Source: a virus. Taken from it: a stretch of DNA of 57,634 nucleotides. Made by a program: the position numbers and the translations under genes. The stretch lies in the IMG/VR virus record IMGVR_UViG_3300045988_159412, one strand, 5' to 3'. The notes below the pieces were generated by a model. It did not search any database and was not told the DNA's origin. It worked only from the letters and a program-made list of their open reading frames with translations. Shown here in pieces: positions 1 to 11,100 of the stretch (positions are counted from its first letter, which is position 1; each line of letters begins with the position of its first letter).

Positions 1-237
1 ACTGCAACCGCAGGAGAAATTGTGAGAGTTATCTCTACTTCCTCACTATCCCCCGCCGGTGCAATGATTTTTGACCCAGCGCAATATCTTGTCGATAATG
101 GTATCGAGATTGACGGGGAAGGGATTACCTACGAACGCCTGAAAGAGAAGTACAATATTGCTTGTATCGTCTCTAATACTGTGCCGGTCGCGGCCAATAA
201 ATCTCTCACCATTGTCATGGACCTAATCATCCCCTAA
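1..237 (+). CDS. 3' fragment of an ORF that begins upstream of the window (virion module), hypothetical protein
   Basis: Frame 1 is open from nt 1 with no stop until taa at 235-237. The track lists a GTG-started 71-aa piece. Structural-module context. Confidence 0.45.
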   Translation, partial: TATAGEIVRVISTSSLSPAGAMIFDPAQYLVDNGIEIDGEGITYERLKEKYNIACIVSNTVPVAANKSLTIVMDLIIP

Positions 238-249
238 TCTGAAAAAACA

Positions 250-906
250 ATGACTGACCTAGATATTGCTAATTATGCCTTGGGGTTGTTAGGCCAATAC
301 AAAATCCAAAGCTACCCGGAAACGGGGAAAAAGTCAGTAGAAGGTCAGGCATTAGAGGCATATCTTCCATTCGCTATTCAAGATGTCATGATTGATGGCG
401 AATGGAACTTCGCCCGGAAAAGGGTAATCATTGAGCCGTCACCCACAGAGGTGGCGGCCTTTGGTTATCACAATGCTTTCCCGAAGCCTGACGACTTGGT
501 GACAATCATATCCGTGAATGGAGAGCCTTGGAATATTCAGGCGCAGTTTGTGCAGATAGAGGGAGAGTTTATCTTGGCAAACGTTGACCAGTTGAGGCTG
601 GTTTACATTGCCGCCCCCACAGACGGGACAACGCTTCAAGGCATACCTGACCAGCTAAAACCGCTCATAGGAATCAGGTGGGCCTATCTTACGTGTGTAC
701 GCATCACGAACAACATTGAACTCTACAACATGATAGCGGACATGTACCAGAGGGAGTTGCACAGGATGCGGGACAACGACTTCATCAACAACACGGGAGG
801 CAGGTTTAACTACCGCAACAAGCTTATGAGTCAGTCCACTTGGGGCCGCTATCCGTTCGGGACGACAGCACCCTACCAAGGCTCTTATACCTACATTCCC
901 GATTAA
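250..906 (+). CDS. hypothetical protein, 218 aa (virion/structural module)
   Basis: Intact ATG ORF, tightly packed and co-oriented with the large structural genes. No motif recognised. Confidence 0.6.
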   Translation: MTDLDIANYALGLLGQYKIQSYPETGKKSVEGQALEAYLPFAIQDVMIDGEWNFARKRVIIEPSPTEVAAFGYHNAFPKPDDLVTIISVNGEPWNIQAQFVQIEGEFILANVDQLRLVYIAAPTDGTTLQGIPDQLKPLIGIRWAYLTCVRITNNIELYNMIADMYQRELHRMRDNDFINNTGGRFNYRNKLMSQSTWGRYPFGTTAPYQGSYTYIPD

Positions 907-926
907 ACTAAAAACCTTCCAGACAT

Positions 927-3900
927 ATGGCCTCAAATACCCGACAATTTCAAATGCAACTCAACTTCAACGGGGGGCAGGTTTCCGAGAACTTCACCCC
1001 ACGAGTTGACATGCAGAAATACCAGACGAGTTGTTCATTGATGAGGAACTTTATTCCTCGTCAGTTTGGTATGTTAAAGAGGCGACCGGGTTTTGGTGTG
1101 ATTGACGCATTCAAAAATCCTTTTCGGATATTGAAGTTCCCTTGCACCAACAACGAGGAATACATTGTTTGCGTCCACTCCGACAACAAGTATGAGAGCG
1201 GTGGTTGCATTCCCTTCGCAACCATTTACCAATGCGGGTATTTTGGAGACGAGACGAGGAAATGGGAGGTAAATCTTGAGATAGATTCTGTTTTTCAGGC
1301 TGGCATCAACGGATGGACGGCTGATGTTGGCAATGAGAGGCATGGGCGTTTTTGGGACACGGACTTGGAGAAAATCAAGTATGTCTCCCAAAACGACAAA
1401 ATGTGGATAGTGCATCCCGACTTCTTCCCGCTGGAATTAACAAGGACAGCCACACAGGCGAAAATGCCTGATATTTCTATGGCTGACAACCAGTACGTGG
1501 TGGAGTTTGACACGTCTTCGCACTTAAACATTTCCACAAAAAACTCTCTTTGCTTTGGCCTGTATGGTGTTGATAAGCTCAATGCTAAAACGAATCCTTT
1601 CCTTACCTTAAACTTCAAGGACAACAAATCTATCAGCTTTGGTTTTAGCGGTAGTGGAAACAACATGAAGTGGGCCATTACTGACTCATCCGGTGTGGAA
1701 CATCCCTTGGAGGATATAGAGATTGGCTCTGGACAGGTTGTTGCTTTCTCCGACTTCAATCAAAATATTCCTATCAACTATTATTGTTTCCTGACATGGC
1801 GGGGAGGTAAGCTGTATGCCAGCATTGGTTGCAACAATTCTTACGGCACGCTAGGTCTTTATGCTCACTCATCATCCGAGGTTGAGATTGACAGCTCTCT
1901 TGGGGCTGTCACCAGTTTTTGCGTTGGTGGGACTCCGGGAGGATTAAACGCCGCCCAAAGCTATGTTTCGTTCAAGGAGTCGTTTAAAGATGGAACCGGA
2001 TATAGTGGCATTGGTATTAAGGTGAATTATGGTCAGGGAGACGTTCCAACCCAAAGCTTCAACAACAATGACCACAGGAGTTCGTTGATAATGGCTCAAA
2101 TGTTTGGCGACACGTCGAAAGTGTTCGCTGGGAACGATTATAAAATTGAGCATTACAACAATGCCGTTTTCCCGATTAAACAGATATATCAGGGCAACGA
2201 AAAGATTTATCAGGAAAAAGCTGTTATCGGCTTCAAGTTGACAACAATGGACTTCCTGACTTATCCCAAGAGCGACGACTACTATATAAGGGATAAAAGC
2301 CAAGGAACTAATCCCGATAGTCCCATGTTTTGTAGGAACCATGAGACATACCCGGATATTCCCTATTACGTCTATGAGGACACCAGCGTCTCCTTAAACA
2401 CTGTCAACGCTGTTTTTGGGGACAGGTATTTCCTTTCTGATGGTTCCGTCTCGCAATTAACAGGCAACGACGGGACTCGAATTGCCGAGTGGTTAAAAGA
2501 ATATACTCCGGGGGATATTGTTATCGGCTCCTGCCTGATGAACAAAACGGACGGCGTATTGAATGGGAACATATACAACTTCGCTACTGGCGCCAACGTT
2601 GGAATTCCCATTAGCTTCTTTAGGATGGCAAACATCGTATGCCGCTACGTTCGAGGCGACTGGACTCTTAGCACAGACGCAGAAGTGGCGACAACCAAAG
2701 GGGTTCTTGTAAGTTATTTGGAGAATAGCAAGGTCTTTTCAGGCTATCCTTCTGGCGGCGGCTACACAGTCTTCCGAATCAACAATAACTGGTTCTCACA
2801 GCCGAGGAAGCTTAGCATGTCAGGAAGCAATACTCCGGGCGTATTTGTTGGGCTGGTTTATATTGGTGAGAACGGAAACGTGTCCACCGATACTGGTGAT
2901 GCTGGCCAGTCCATTGAGGTTGATAATGGAGGTGGTGTTTATCAGACAGACATTCCCTTTGCCGTGTGGCCTAATCAAAAGAGACTTACTTCAACAACGA
3001 CAGATGCGACGGTATTCCAAAACCTGACCATTATGCCAATGATGTATGCCCCTGTGCTGGATGGCATATTCAAAACATTTAGTTCCTTGTTTGGGAGGGG
3101 CAACTACCAGCTGACTCAAACCAATGTCAGTAGCACCAACTACTATTCGGCCAAGTTTAACGATTTAGTCAAGTGTGCTTTCTCTGTAGAAAAAGGCTAT
3201 CCTTCCTGCATAGCGTTGCGTAATGGGCGGCTGATATTAGCTTCAACTAAGGCCCAGCCCCAAACAATATGGGCTTCCCGTGTTGACAGGTATAATGAGT
3301 TCTCTGTGGACGACATGGCAGATTCCGGCTGGGATGTGACGATAGGCGCGAACCAGAGCCAAAAGATTCAATGGTTGTCTTCCTCTAAGGATTTGATAGT
3401 AGGAACAGACATTGGCGAATGGGTGCTGAACGACAGCGACTCAAGCAATCCTGTACCCATTATTAAAGAGCAATCCAGATGGGGTTCTTCTGTGGCGCAA
3501 GGGGAACTGATGACGGAGAGCCTGTTTTTCATCCCTAGAGACAAAAAGGGTGTTATCCAGTCAATCTACTCTTTCCAGATTGATGGCTACACATCGGAAG
3601 ATGTGACGATTATGGCATCCGATTTGTTTGATTATGGGATTACTTCTCATTCGATTCAGAAAGACCCTGACCCAATCTGGTGGGGTACTACTGGCGACGG
3701 AAGGCTTTTAGGGTTGCTGTATAACCGGGTTCAGGACATCAATGGCTGGTTCCAATGCGATATTCAAGGAGCCTTCATAAATCAGGTATGCTGTTACAAT
3801 AATCCGGTAAAAGGCGAAGAAGGATTGATTGTTTCCGTAAAAGGTAAAGGCGAGAACGATTTCGTAAACGCCAATCAATACTTCCTCTCTTATATGGAGG

Positions 3901-5252
3901 ACAGCAATCCTTGTGTTGACTTCTTCTCCATAGGCCAGAGCATCTGTGTAGCTCGTCTGCCCCGTGGAGAAGAAGTCAACACAGATGCTCTGGCCTATGG
4001 AGGCTTTGTAAACAATTCGTGGAACAACTTCTCCACGGGGCAGACGAGCTACACAGATGCTCTTAACACTCTAATTGTAAATGGCTACTTCAAGGAAAAC
4101 AAAAATAGTTCGCAACTCACAGTTCAGGCCAAAACCCCTACAACTCAAAGCTGGATATCAAGATTTTCTTTTTCCTTCGATGAGTCTGCTATTTTCAACA
4201 ATCCGGTCGCTAGTGGGAGTGATGTTGATATAGAGTCTTTCCTTTTTGAGAACCAGTACGACCCCTCTCAAGAGGTATTAACCAAAGGGCCGTTCTGGAT
4301 GTTTGTTTTCGACGCAGAGACGCAAGAATTCCTTACTTGCTCTATTAACTCGATATTGTTGCCTGACGACAAAAATCAGTTGCCAATCCTTGAGTTCTTT
4401 TTCTTAGGTTTGGTGTTGAAGGCAAACCAGAAGATAAGGTGTTACTTTTCTTCGGAATCGGTTCCCTCATGGGAAGGTGCAGAACAGATTTTGCAGTTAT
4501 CAGTCTTTGACGAGGCCGGCCATGATGTGCAATATGGATATTTCCCATACATGGATGTGAGAGTTAAAGCTACTACATCCAAGATAGAGTGGGACGAAAC
4601 CAAGCCTGTATATCTGGACATCATTTCAGCTAACGGGCAAACAACCACAGGCTATTGCTTTGGCGGCAATGAGGTAAATAATAATTATTCTTATTACCAG
4701 CAAGCGCCGGAGGGTGAAGGCTTGTTCTCCCAGAGCCAAATCGTATTTAATGTTAAGTCTGAAATTGAAAACGATATTGGCCAAGCCGGGAACAGCGGAT
4801 TTATTACTCCCCCGTCCAGCACCTCAGGGACTCTTCCAAACTTTGTTTTTGGGCTTCATATCTTCTCGGAGTTTATTTCAATGCCAATGGGGAATGCCAA
4901 CAATTATGTCATTCCTGCGACCACTACGAAGATTAGCCAACTTAGGTATCAAGTATCACGGGATGAGAGCAACGACGTAACTCCTTCATCTTCATTTCTT
5001 AGTGATGACGGTCTGGCTTATGGTGCGCCAAGGATTCAGGCCACAGTTCAGGCATTGGACTATGATGCCCCGATAGCTATGGAAAAGAGTAATTCCATGT
5101 CGGTATCAACAAACTTGTCTAACGGGAGAGACCATATTGTATTGAGTGGACAAAGCTCTACAGATACAAGACTGTACTTTTCCTTAGATGATGCTAAAAA
5201 GGTGAACGTATTAGCGGCGTATATTCTGTATGATTCCACTATCATTAGCTGA
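927..5252 (+). CDS. large virion protein, 1441 aa, N/S/T/G/Y-rich and probably beta-rich; putative tail, baseplate or receptor-binding protein
   Basis: 4.3-kb uninterrupted ORF. Composition is typical of phage tail or fibre proteins. Lies upstream of tape-measure-like and fibre genes. Confidence 0.7.
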   Translation: MASNTRQFQMQLNFNGGQVSENFTPRVDMQKYQTSCSLMRNFIPRQFGMLKRRPGFGVIDAFKNPFRILKFPCTNNEEYIVCVHSDNKYESGGCIPFATIYQCGYFGDETRKWEVNLEIDSVFQAGINGWTADVGNERHGRFWDTDLEKIKYVSQNDKMWIVHPDFFPLELTRTATQAKMPDISMADNQYVVEFDTSSHLNISTKNSLCFGLYGVDKLNAKTNPFLTLNFKDNKSISFGFSGSGNNMKWAITDSSGVEHPLEDIEIGSGQVVAFSDFNQNIPINYYCFLTWRGGKLYASIGCNNSYGTLGLYAHSSSEVEIDSSLGAVTSFCVGGTPGGLNAAQSYVSFKESFKDGTGYSGIGIKVNYGQGDVPTQSFNNNDHRSSLIMAQMFGDTSKVFAGNDYKIEHYNNAVFPIKQIYQGNEKIYQEKAVIGFKLTTMDFLTYPKSDDYYIRDKSQGTNPDSPMFCRNHETYPDIPYYVYEDTSVSLNTVNAVFGDRYFLSDGSVSQLTGNDGTRIAEWLKEYTPGDIVIGSCLMNKTDGVLNGNIYNFATGANVGIPISFFRMANIVCRYVRGDWTLSTDAEVATTKGVLVSYLENSKVFSGYPSGGGYTVFRINNNWFSQPRKLSMSGSNTPGVFVGLVYIGENGNVSTDTGDAGQSIEVDNGGGVYQTDIPFAVWPNQKRLTSTTTDATVFQNLTIMPMMYAPVLDGIFKTFSSLFGRGNYQLTQTNVSSTNYYSAKFNDLVKCAFSVEKGYPSCIALRNGRLILASTKAQPQTIWASRVDRYNEFSVDDMADSGWDVTIGANQSQKIQWLSSSKDLIVGTDIGEWVLNDSDSSNPVPIIKEQSRWGSSVAQGELMTESLFFIPRDKKGVIQSIYSFQIDGYTSEDVTIMASDLFDYGITSHSIQKDPDPIWWGTTGDGRLLGLLYNRVQDINGWFQCDIQGAFINQVCCYNNPVKGEEGLIVSVKGKGENDFVNANQYFLSYMEDSNPCVDFFSIGQSICVARLPRGEEVNTDALAYGGFVNNSWNNFSTGQTSYTDALNTLIVNGYFKENKNSSQLTVQAKTPTTQSWISRFSFSFDESAIFNNPVASGSDVDIESFLFENQYDPSQEVLTKGPFWMFVFDAETQEFLTCSINSILLPDDKNQLPILEFFFLGLVLKANQKIRCYFSSESVPSWEGAEQILQLSVFDEAGHDVQYGYFPYMDVRVKATTSKIEWDETKPVYLDIISANGQTTTGYCFGGNEVNNNYSYYQQAPEGEGLFSQSQIVFNVKSEIENDIGQAGNSGFITPPSSTSGTLPNFVFGLHIFSEFISMPMGNANNYVIPATTTKISQLRYQVSRDESNDVTPSSSFLSDDGLAYGAPRIQATVQALDYDAPIAMEKSNSMSVSTNLSNGRDHIVLSGQSSTDTRLYFSLDDAKKVNVLAAYILYDSTIIS

Positions 5253-6141
5253 CACAGGCGGCCTAACCGCAGATGGTTTGTTGCCATTGACAGGCTTCCC
5301 CTCATGGATGTGGGGAAGCGACATTCTTAATGGTCAACTCTGGGGTGGAACAGAAATAGCAGAGCCAGCTTACAACGAAATTTGGACAGACCCTACGACT
5401 GGTGTTACGAATGCGCTCCTACCTTCGTTGACTGGATTGGAGCCAATGAACGGCCTGTATGATATTGATTATCAGATAGGTTATCCTGAAATGCCCCAGC
5501 CGCCGACATATAACCCTAACACAAGTTATTTATCATCAACGGCTTCAATAGATACGTCAGCTGGGTTCGAGAAGTCTAGTCCCAACAAAATAGCATGGGA
5601 TGACACGTTTGACCCGTTCGGCTTCAACTCTGCGACGCTTAAAGGATTTGGTAGTGTTCTTTCGGATGTGTCGTCTTCCTTGAGCAAGAAGCGGTCATAT
5701 GCCAACTATGTCGCCAGTTATGAGAATCGGGCACAGGCGTTAAGGAATCAAGCCGAGTCGGCATACAGGATTGCCGGAATAAACATGTCTCGCCTTCGAG
5801 GGAATCAGGCGAAATACCTAGCCCAGCAAAGGGTGTCAGCAGTCAGGACAGGCTTCGCCCCGACTTCCGGTTCCATAGGCGCTGTACAACAGGCGACAAT
5901 GAGCCAGTTCGAGCAACAAATAGCTGATGCTTGGGTGGAAGCGGAACAAAAGAGGCAGAACACAATGTATCAAGCAAGCGTTGCTGATTGGCGGGCAAGC
6001 GAAGCCCGGAAGGCTAGCAAGCGCTCCTCCGGTGGATTCCTTGGCTCGCTACTTGGCTCTGGTGTGGGAGCTTATTTTGGAGGCCCCACTGGAATGGCGA
6101 TAGGTTCTAAGATAGGTTCATCCATAGGAGGGTTATTTTAA
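5230..6141 (+). CDS. hypothetical virion protein, 303 aa, C-terminal glycine-zipper-like segment (GSLLGSGVGAYFGGPTGMAIGSKIGSSIGG)
   Basis: ATG at 5230 overlaps the stop of the 1441-aa gene by 23 nt (translational coupling). Hydrophobic Gly-rich C-terminus. Confidence 0.6.
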   Translation: MIPLSLADTGGLTADGLLPLTGFPSWMWGSDILNGQLWGGTEIAEPAYNEIWTDPTTGVTNALLPSLTGLEPMNGLYDIDYQIGYPEMPQPPTYNPNTSYLSSTASIDTSAGFEKSSPNKIAWDDTFDPFGFNSATLKGFGSVLSDVSSSLSKKRSYANYVASYENRAQALRNQAESAYRIAGINMSRLRGNQAKYLAQQRVSAVRTGFAPTSGSIGAVQQATMSQFEQQIADAWVEAEQKRQNTMYQASVADWRASEARKASKRSSGGFLGSLLGSGVGAYFGGPTGMAIGSKIGSSIGGLF

Positions 6142-6143
6142 TC

Positions 6144-8096
6144 ATGGTGACCAACGATACTAGAGACATAAGAATGGGTGTCAGTAGTGCGAACAAGGAG
6201 GGGTTGTTGCCTTCTCCTTCAAACCGTTATTTGCGCTCCACTTATGATGCGGCCAGATATGTTCCTATTGGAAATGAGTTCGACAAAGAGAGCCGAGTAA
6301 AGGAGCTTGGCGACCTTGGAGAAGGACTCACAATGTGGTCGAAGGCGCAAGCGGAAGTCGAGACAACGAACGACAGTATTCAGTCACGGCGCATGCAGGC
6401 AGAGTACATGGAAGCTTCCACACAGGTTTTCAATCAGCTTCAAAAAGACCCCAGCACGATGAACAATCCTGCGGTTTGGCTGGACGCCTATACGGAGGAG
6501 ATGACATCAAGGGCGGCAGAGATTAACAACAAGTATGCCAAATCGTTTTATGTTGGGCGCAATCAGATGTTGTCCAATGAAAGGCTCAACCTGTTGCTGA
6601 AAGAGGAGAAGAACAAGGTGGGCCTGATGGCGGCAGACAGAATATCAAAGATGGCCGCAGACGAAACTAATGCGGCGTTCAAGATTGCTGTGGCCAACAG
6701 GGATTTCGGGTTGGCTAGGGAGATAAATAAAAGCCCCTACCTAACACCTGCGGAAAAGATGTTGAATGAGAATGGAGTTGTTCAAGCCCAGACACAGGAC
6801 ATCATCCAGCAGGAAACATTGAGGAACCCTTGGGGTGTGCTGGAAGAGGTGAATAGGGATGGCGCTGTACAGCGTCGTGAATTGACCTACGAGCAACAGC
6901 AGTACGCATTGAACCAAGCGCAGGGCCGGATAAGCATGATTCAAAAGCAATCGTATGACTCTCTCGTACAGAAGTTTTTGTTCAACCCGGAAGAGTTTGA
7001 GATGGATGTCGCCAAAAAGCTATTGGACACCAACCAGCTGACGACCCAGCAATATGTCAACCTCCTCAACATGAAGAAGACCATGAGCGCCAAGATTGAG
7101 CCGACTCCAATGCAGTTTGCGGCCATGTCTAATTGGGCGGTCAAGCTTTCAGAGGATTATCACAAAGAGTCGCCAGAGGGACAGGCCAACATCCTCTCCC
7201 AAGCTGAACGGCTTCTTGAGCGGATGAATTTCAGCACCAGCGACAAGAACTCATTGCTCAAGCTTGTAACACAAAAGATTTCCCCGGAAACGTTCAATCA
7301 GGCTGACAAGTTGGTAGAGAAGTTTTGGGATAACGGCCAACTACCTCTGACCAAGACAGCGGATTACACCGGAACTCAAGGAGGAACTACTCCGATTTAT
7401 TTGACGGAGGGAGAGTTTAATACGCAGTTCAAAGAGAGGAAGAACCAGTTTTTCTTAGACAAAAGCAGGACATACCTAGACCCGAAAACGGCAAAAGACA
7501 GGTATGCTGTGATGGAGTATGTGCCGGACTCGAACAATCTGTTCCTGCAAGAAAAGATAAAAAGCGAAGTTCGTTCCGTCCTTTCTGATAAGATTGCTGA
7601 ATATAGGGCAGAACACAATGGGAAATCTCCTACCGGACAAGAGCTTTATGAGCTTGTTTTTTTCGCACAAGAAGAGGCGTTCTCCCGGAATAATATCAGC
7701 AGTATTGACCCATTATCTTCTGCCTCTGTTTATCCTTCTGGACAGCAAGACAGAGACGAAAGAAAGGCGACATTTATTCCGAACAACGTTAGAGTGTCGG
7801 CTATATCGAATAAAGCTTCTATAGATATTCCGACTAATGGTGCTTTTATTGTTTGGGCCGGAAGTAACTCTTTCATTACAAACGAGAAAGACTACTTGAG
7901 CATATATAAACGGGCCGGGGCGCCCCCTCAAGGATTTATCGTAGCAGATGAATCTTTCCTCCAAGCTCCACACAAAGATTTAATGGATGTGCAAGCTATG
8001 ATTTCGGCCAAAGCGATAGCGGCGAAAGCTGGATTAGATGCACAAGGAGAGCAGGGAATTTATTGTGCATTGCTTTCCTATTGGAATAATTTATAA
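6144..8096 (+). CDS. hypothetical virion protein, 650 aa
   Basis: Long ORF in the structural operon. Start is 3 nt after the previous stop. No motif recognised. Confidence 0.65.
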   Translation: MVTNDTRDIRMGVSSANKEGLLPSPSNRYLRSTYDAARYVPIGNEFDKESRVKELGDLGEGLTMWSKAQAEVETTNDSIQSRRMQAEYMEASTQVFNQLQKDPSTMNNPAVWLDAYTEEMTSRAAEINNKYAKSFYVGRNQMLSNERLNLLLKEEKNKVGLMAADRISKMAADETNAAFKIAVANRDFGLAREINKSPYLTPAEKMLNENGVVQAQTQDIIQQETLRNPWGVLEEVNRDGAVQRRELTYEQQQYALNQAQGRISMIQKQSYDSLVQKFLFNPEEFEMDVAKKLLDTNQLTTQQYVNLLNMKKTMSAKIEPTPMQFAAMSNWAVKLSEDYHKESPEGQANILSQAERLLERMNFSTSDKNSLLKLVTQKISPETFNQADKLVEKFWDNGQLPLTKTADYTGTQGGTTPIYLTEGEFNTQFKERKNQFFLDKSRTYLDPKTAKDRYAVMEYVPDSNNLFLQEKIKSEVRSVLSDKIAEYRAEHNGKSPTGQELYELVFFAQEEAFSRNNISSIDPLSSASVYPSGQQDRDERKATFIPNNVRVSAISNKASIDIPTNGAFIVWAGSNSFITNEKDYLSIYKRAGAPPQGFIVADESFLQAPHKDLMDVQAMISAKAIAAKAGLDAQGEQGIYCALLSYWNNL

Positions 8097-8103
8097 ACAA
8101 ATC

Positions 8104-11100
8104 ATGGAAGAGCTTTCAGAACAACCCGAAGATTCTATCCTGTTGGATGAAATAAAGAAAATGAATTCGGGCCTCGCTTCTAATAAGGAGCAACCTGAAA
8201 TAACAGAAGAGGATTTAGAAGCAAATCCTCAAGCTTACTCTTCTGAACAAATTGAAGGGGTTTTAAGAAACAAGAGAAGTATTCGCACAAAGCTTGACGA
8301 TTATTTAAGGATGTCGTCTAGCTTGCTTCCTACTACTCCACGAGAAGCCTTAGATGCCGTAGGGACATTGCGTGAGGAACTGCAAGCAAATGGTATAGAC
8401 CCGGAGTATGAGAGGTATCGTGAGAAGATAAAAAGAAACGAAGATATAGTTTATTCGGTTACTAGGTATATCAATCCAACAACAGGCTTGTTTGGGGATG
8501 TTCCTGCACAAGATGTAACAAACAATAAGCTGGAAAAAATACTTAGTGCTGAGCAAATTAGGGATTTCAATAATGCCCCGCAGTTTATGCGAGACAAATA
8601 TGTTTTCAATCGCATTGTTGAAAACTTTTTCCCGGAAGGGGAGATGGATAAAGGGTATGCACTAGAACTCCTGAAAAAGCATTATCAAACCGACTCAATG
8701 CACGGAGTTGTCAGCAAATACGCTCAAGAGCTTCAAAGGAACAAGGATGAGGAGACAGCATACAATGAAGCCTCTACCAGATTTTTCGATTCCTTTATAG
8801 AAACAGGAGGCGATTACCAGAAAGCAATCGACAGCTTGGAAGGCAATCTAAACCTGTATGCGGAAAACATTTTCAACCAAGAACCTGCGCTTAAATACAT
8901 TTACCAGCGTGCGTATAACTCCGTCTCATGGATTAAAGATGAATACATAGAAAGCGGAGAGCTGGATTGGGACAAGATGGCAGACAGGTTGTTGAAGCTT
9001 GGGGAAGGAGAGACGTTCTCTCTAGCCATTCAGATGCTTCCCTACATGTTGCCCAAAGACGACAGGACTTGGCTAACCCAAGCCATAGACGACACCGCCT
9101 CTGATGTCTCCCGCTTTGCTAGGCTCATGGTTGACGGAGGAGGTGATAGCGCCCAAGCAGAACGCCTTGCGTTGGCTATCCAGCAGGAATATCGTCAGGG
9201 CCGAGACATGCCTACTTCGTGGCTAGGAATAGCGGCTAAGGTAGCAACAGACCAAGTTCCCAAGATAACGGCAGTAACAGGAAGTACTCTTTTAGCTAGT
9301 GGTGGAGGCCCTGTATCTATGGCCGCCACAGGTATGGCTGTCGGCTCAATGGTGTATGGTTCAACGGTAGGTCTTGAGGCATATAGGACGAATTCTTCTA
9401 GGGCAGGAGCATTGACATATGGTGTTACTGTTGGGGCCTTGGAAGGTCTCCTTGAAAACGTAACTCTTGGCGTTGGTGCTTTGGCCTCCAAAGGTATTAA
9501 GGTGGCAGAGGCAGGTAGGAAAATGGCCTCTGTTGCCGGAAGAGTTCCCGCTACCGTAAGAGGTGCGGCGGCTGGTGCTTTGTCTGAATATACCCAAGAA
9601 GTCATTGCTGACCCAATTTATGTTGGATTGGAGAATGTAATGCGCTCTGCGGGGTTTGAGCTTACCCAGCAAAACACCCTTAAAAACTGGTGGGAAACAT
9701 TGGACTTCACATCCCCTGAACTATTGGGGGCTACAGCCATTCTTGGCGGCTCCATTGGTGCTGTTGGGGGCTATCAAGCTAACCACCTCATCAACCGAGT
9801 AGGAAGAAGCGCTTCGGCTCTTCAAGCTTATGGTGTACCCGAATCGGAAGCTGTGGCTATTGCCGAAATGCCAGACGGCAAGGAGCGCACAAACAGGCTT
9901 ATATCGGCCCTTCGCAATAACCGGGTAAGCCCCGACGTGCAAATAACAAACCAGCAAGCGGGGATATTCCTGAACTTTTTAGCTAAGAATGCAGAGAGGT
10001 TTAAGGATGTTGAGCTGATGCCGGAGATATCCGACAACGGGGACGGAACCTTTAATATTGTTGAGAGAGACCCGGTAAGTGGAGCTGAAAAAGTAACCAC
10101 AGTAACAGACGAAATCGCAGGGACGTTCATGTCTCAAGCGTTGCAGTCAAATCCGGGATTTATCAGGGCATTAAATATTTTCGCCCAAGAAGAGATAGAG
10201 TCAGGGGTGGGCAAGGAGACGAAGATAAAGAGCTATACTCCTGACGAACTCCGAGCAAAAATCCAATCCACAGAAGACAACAATGCAACTATAGCACGAC
10301 TTAGGGCTTTGGCTGTAATTAACCAAGACCCGGAATTGTTGCAGAGTTTTCGTGATGGGAAAGTAAGTATTGAAGATGTAGCAAATGAGCTGGAAATTGT
10401 ATCTGCATATAGAGATGGCACGATTGCTGTTGCGAGGGGTGAAGCGAATCCTCTCAATATTCTGGAAGAAATAATTCACGCCCGTGCAATATCCGATTTG
10501 GAGAGCGGCGTTATTTCTCGAAGCGTCATTGAAACACAGGTAAGGAATTACTTGGAGTTCTTGGGACGTAGTGCGGAAGAGATAGGGGATTTGAGCAATG
10601 ACGTTGTGTTGCAGGAACATTTGGCGAATATGGGGAAGGCTTTGGCAACAACGCCGGAACTGTTTTCCGCAATGCCCGGCAATGTTCAAACAATCCTTGA
10701 GTGGCAGAAGGACGCTATAGCGGAAGTTGGGAATGTCTTTGCGGAAGGCGCTCTGATAAAAGAGGCCATTGAGCAGGGCATTGTCTCTCCCGATTTTGTC
10801 AAGTGGTCTAAATCTTTGGCGACTATGGCCGAACGTCGTGACGGTCAGGATATGGCAGAGCTTGTCAATGGTGCGACCGGAGAAAGCATTTTGCCAATGG
10901 GCCAGAGCCTTCCTTCCGTGAGGAGGCGTGGAACCATTGATGTAACTCCTTCTGTAAGAACCATTAATGAAGCCATATCAAACATAGTCAATGGCGCATC
11001 GGAAAGGTCTATAGGCCAGCTCCACAAATTGCAGAGGAGCATGATAAAGCTTTCGGAAAGGTTTTCTCAAGGGAAGCTGACCGAACGAGGACAACAGAAA

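Noticed and set aside
1295-1759. Minus-strand ORFs of 100-160 aa inside the large plus-strand structural genes (e.g. 1074..1415, 1295..1759, 1944..2342, 9195..9605, 9828..10130, 10201..10689, 11307..11790) and their mirrors
   Set aside because: Antisense to long, uninterrupted, protein-like ORFs. Their composition is low-complexity, Ser/Leu/Arg-rich and typical of shadow ORFs. No independent support.
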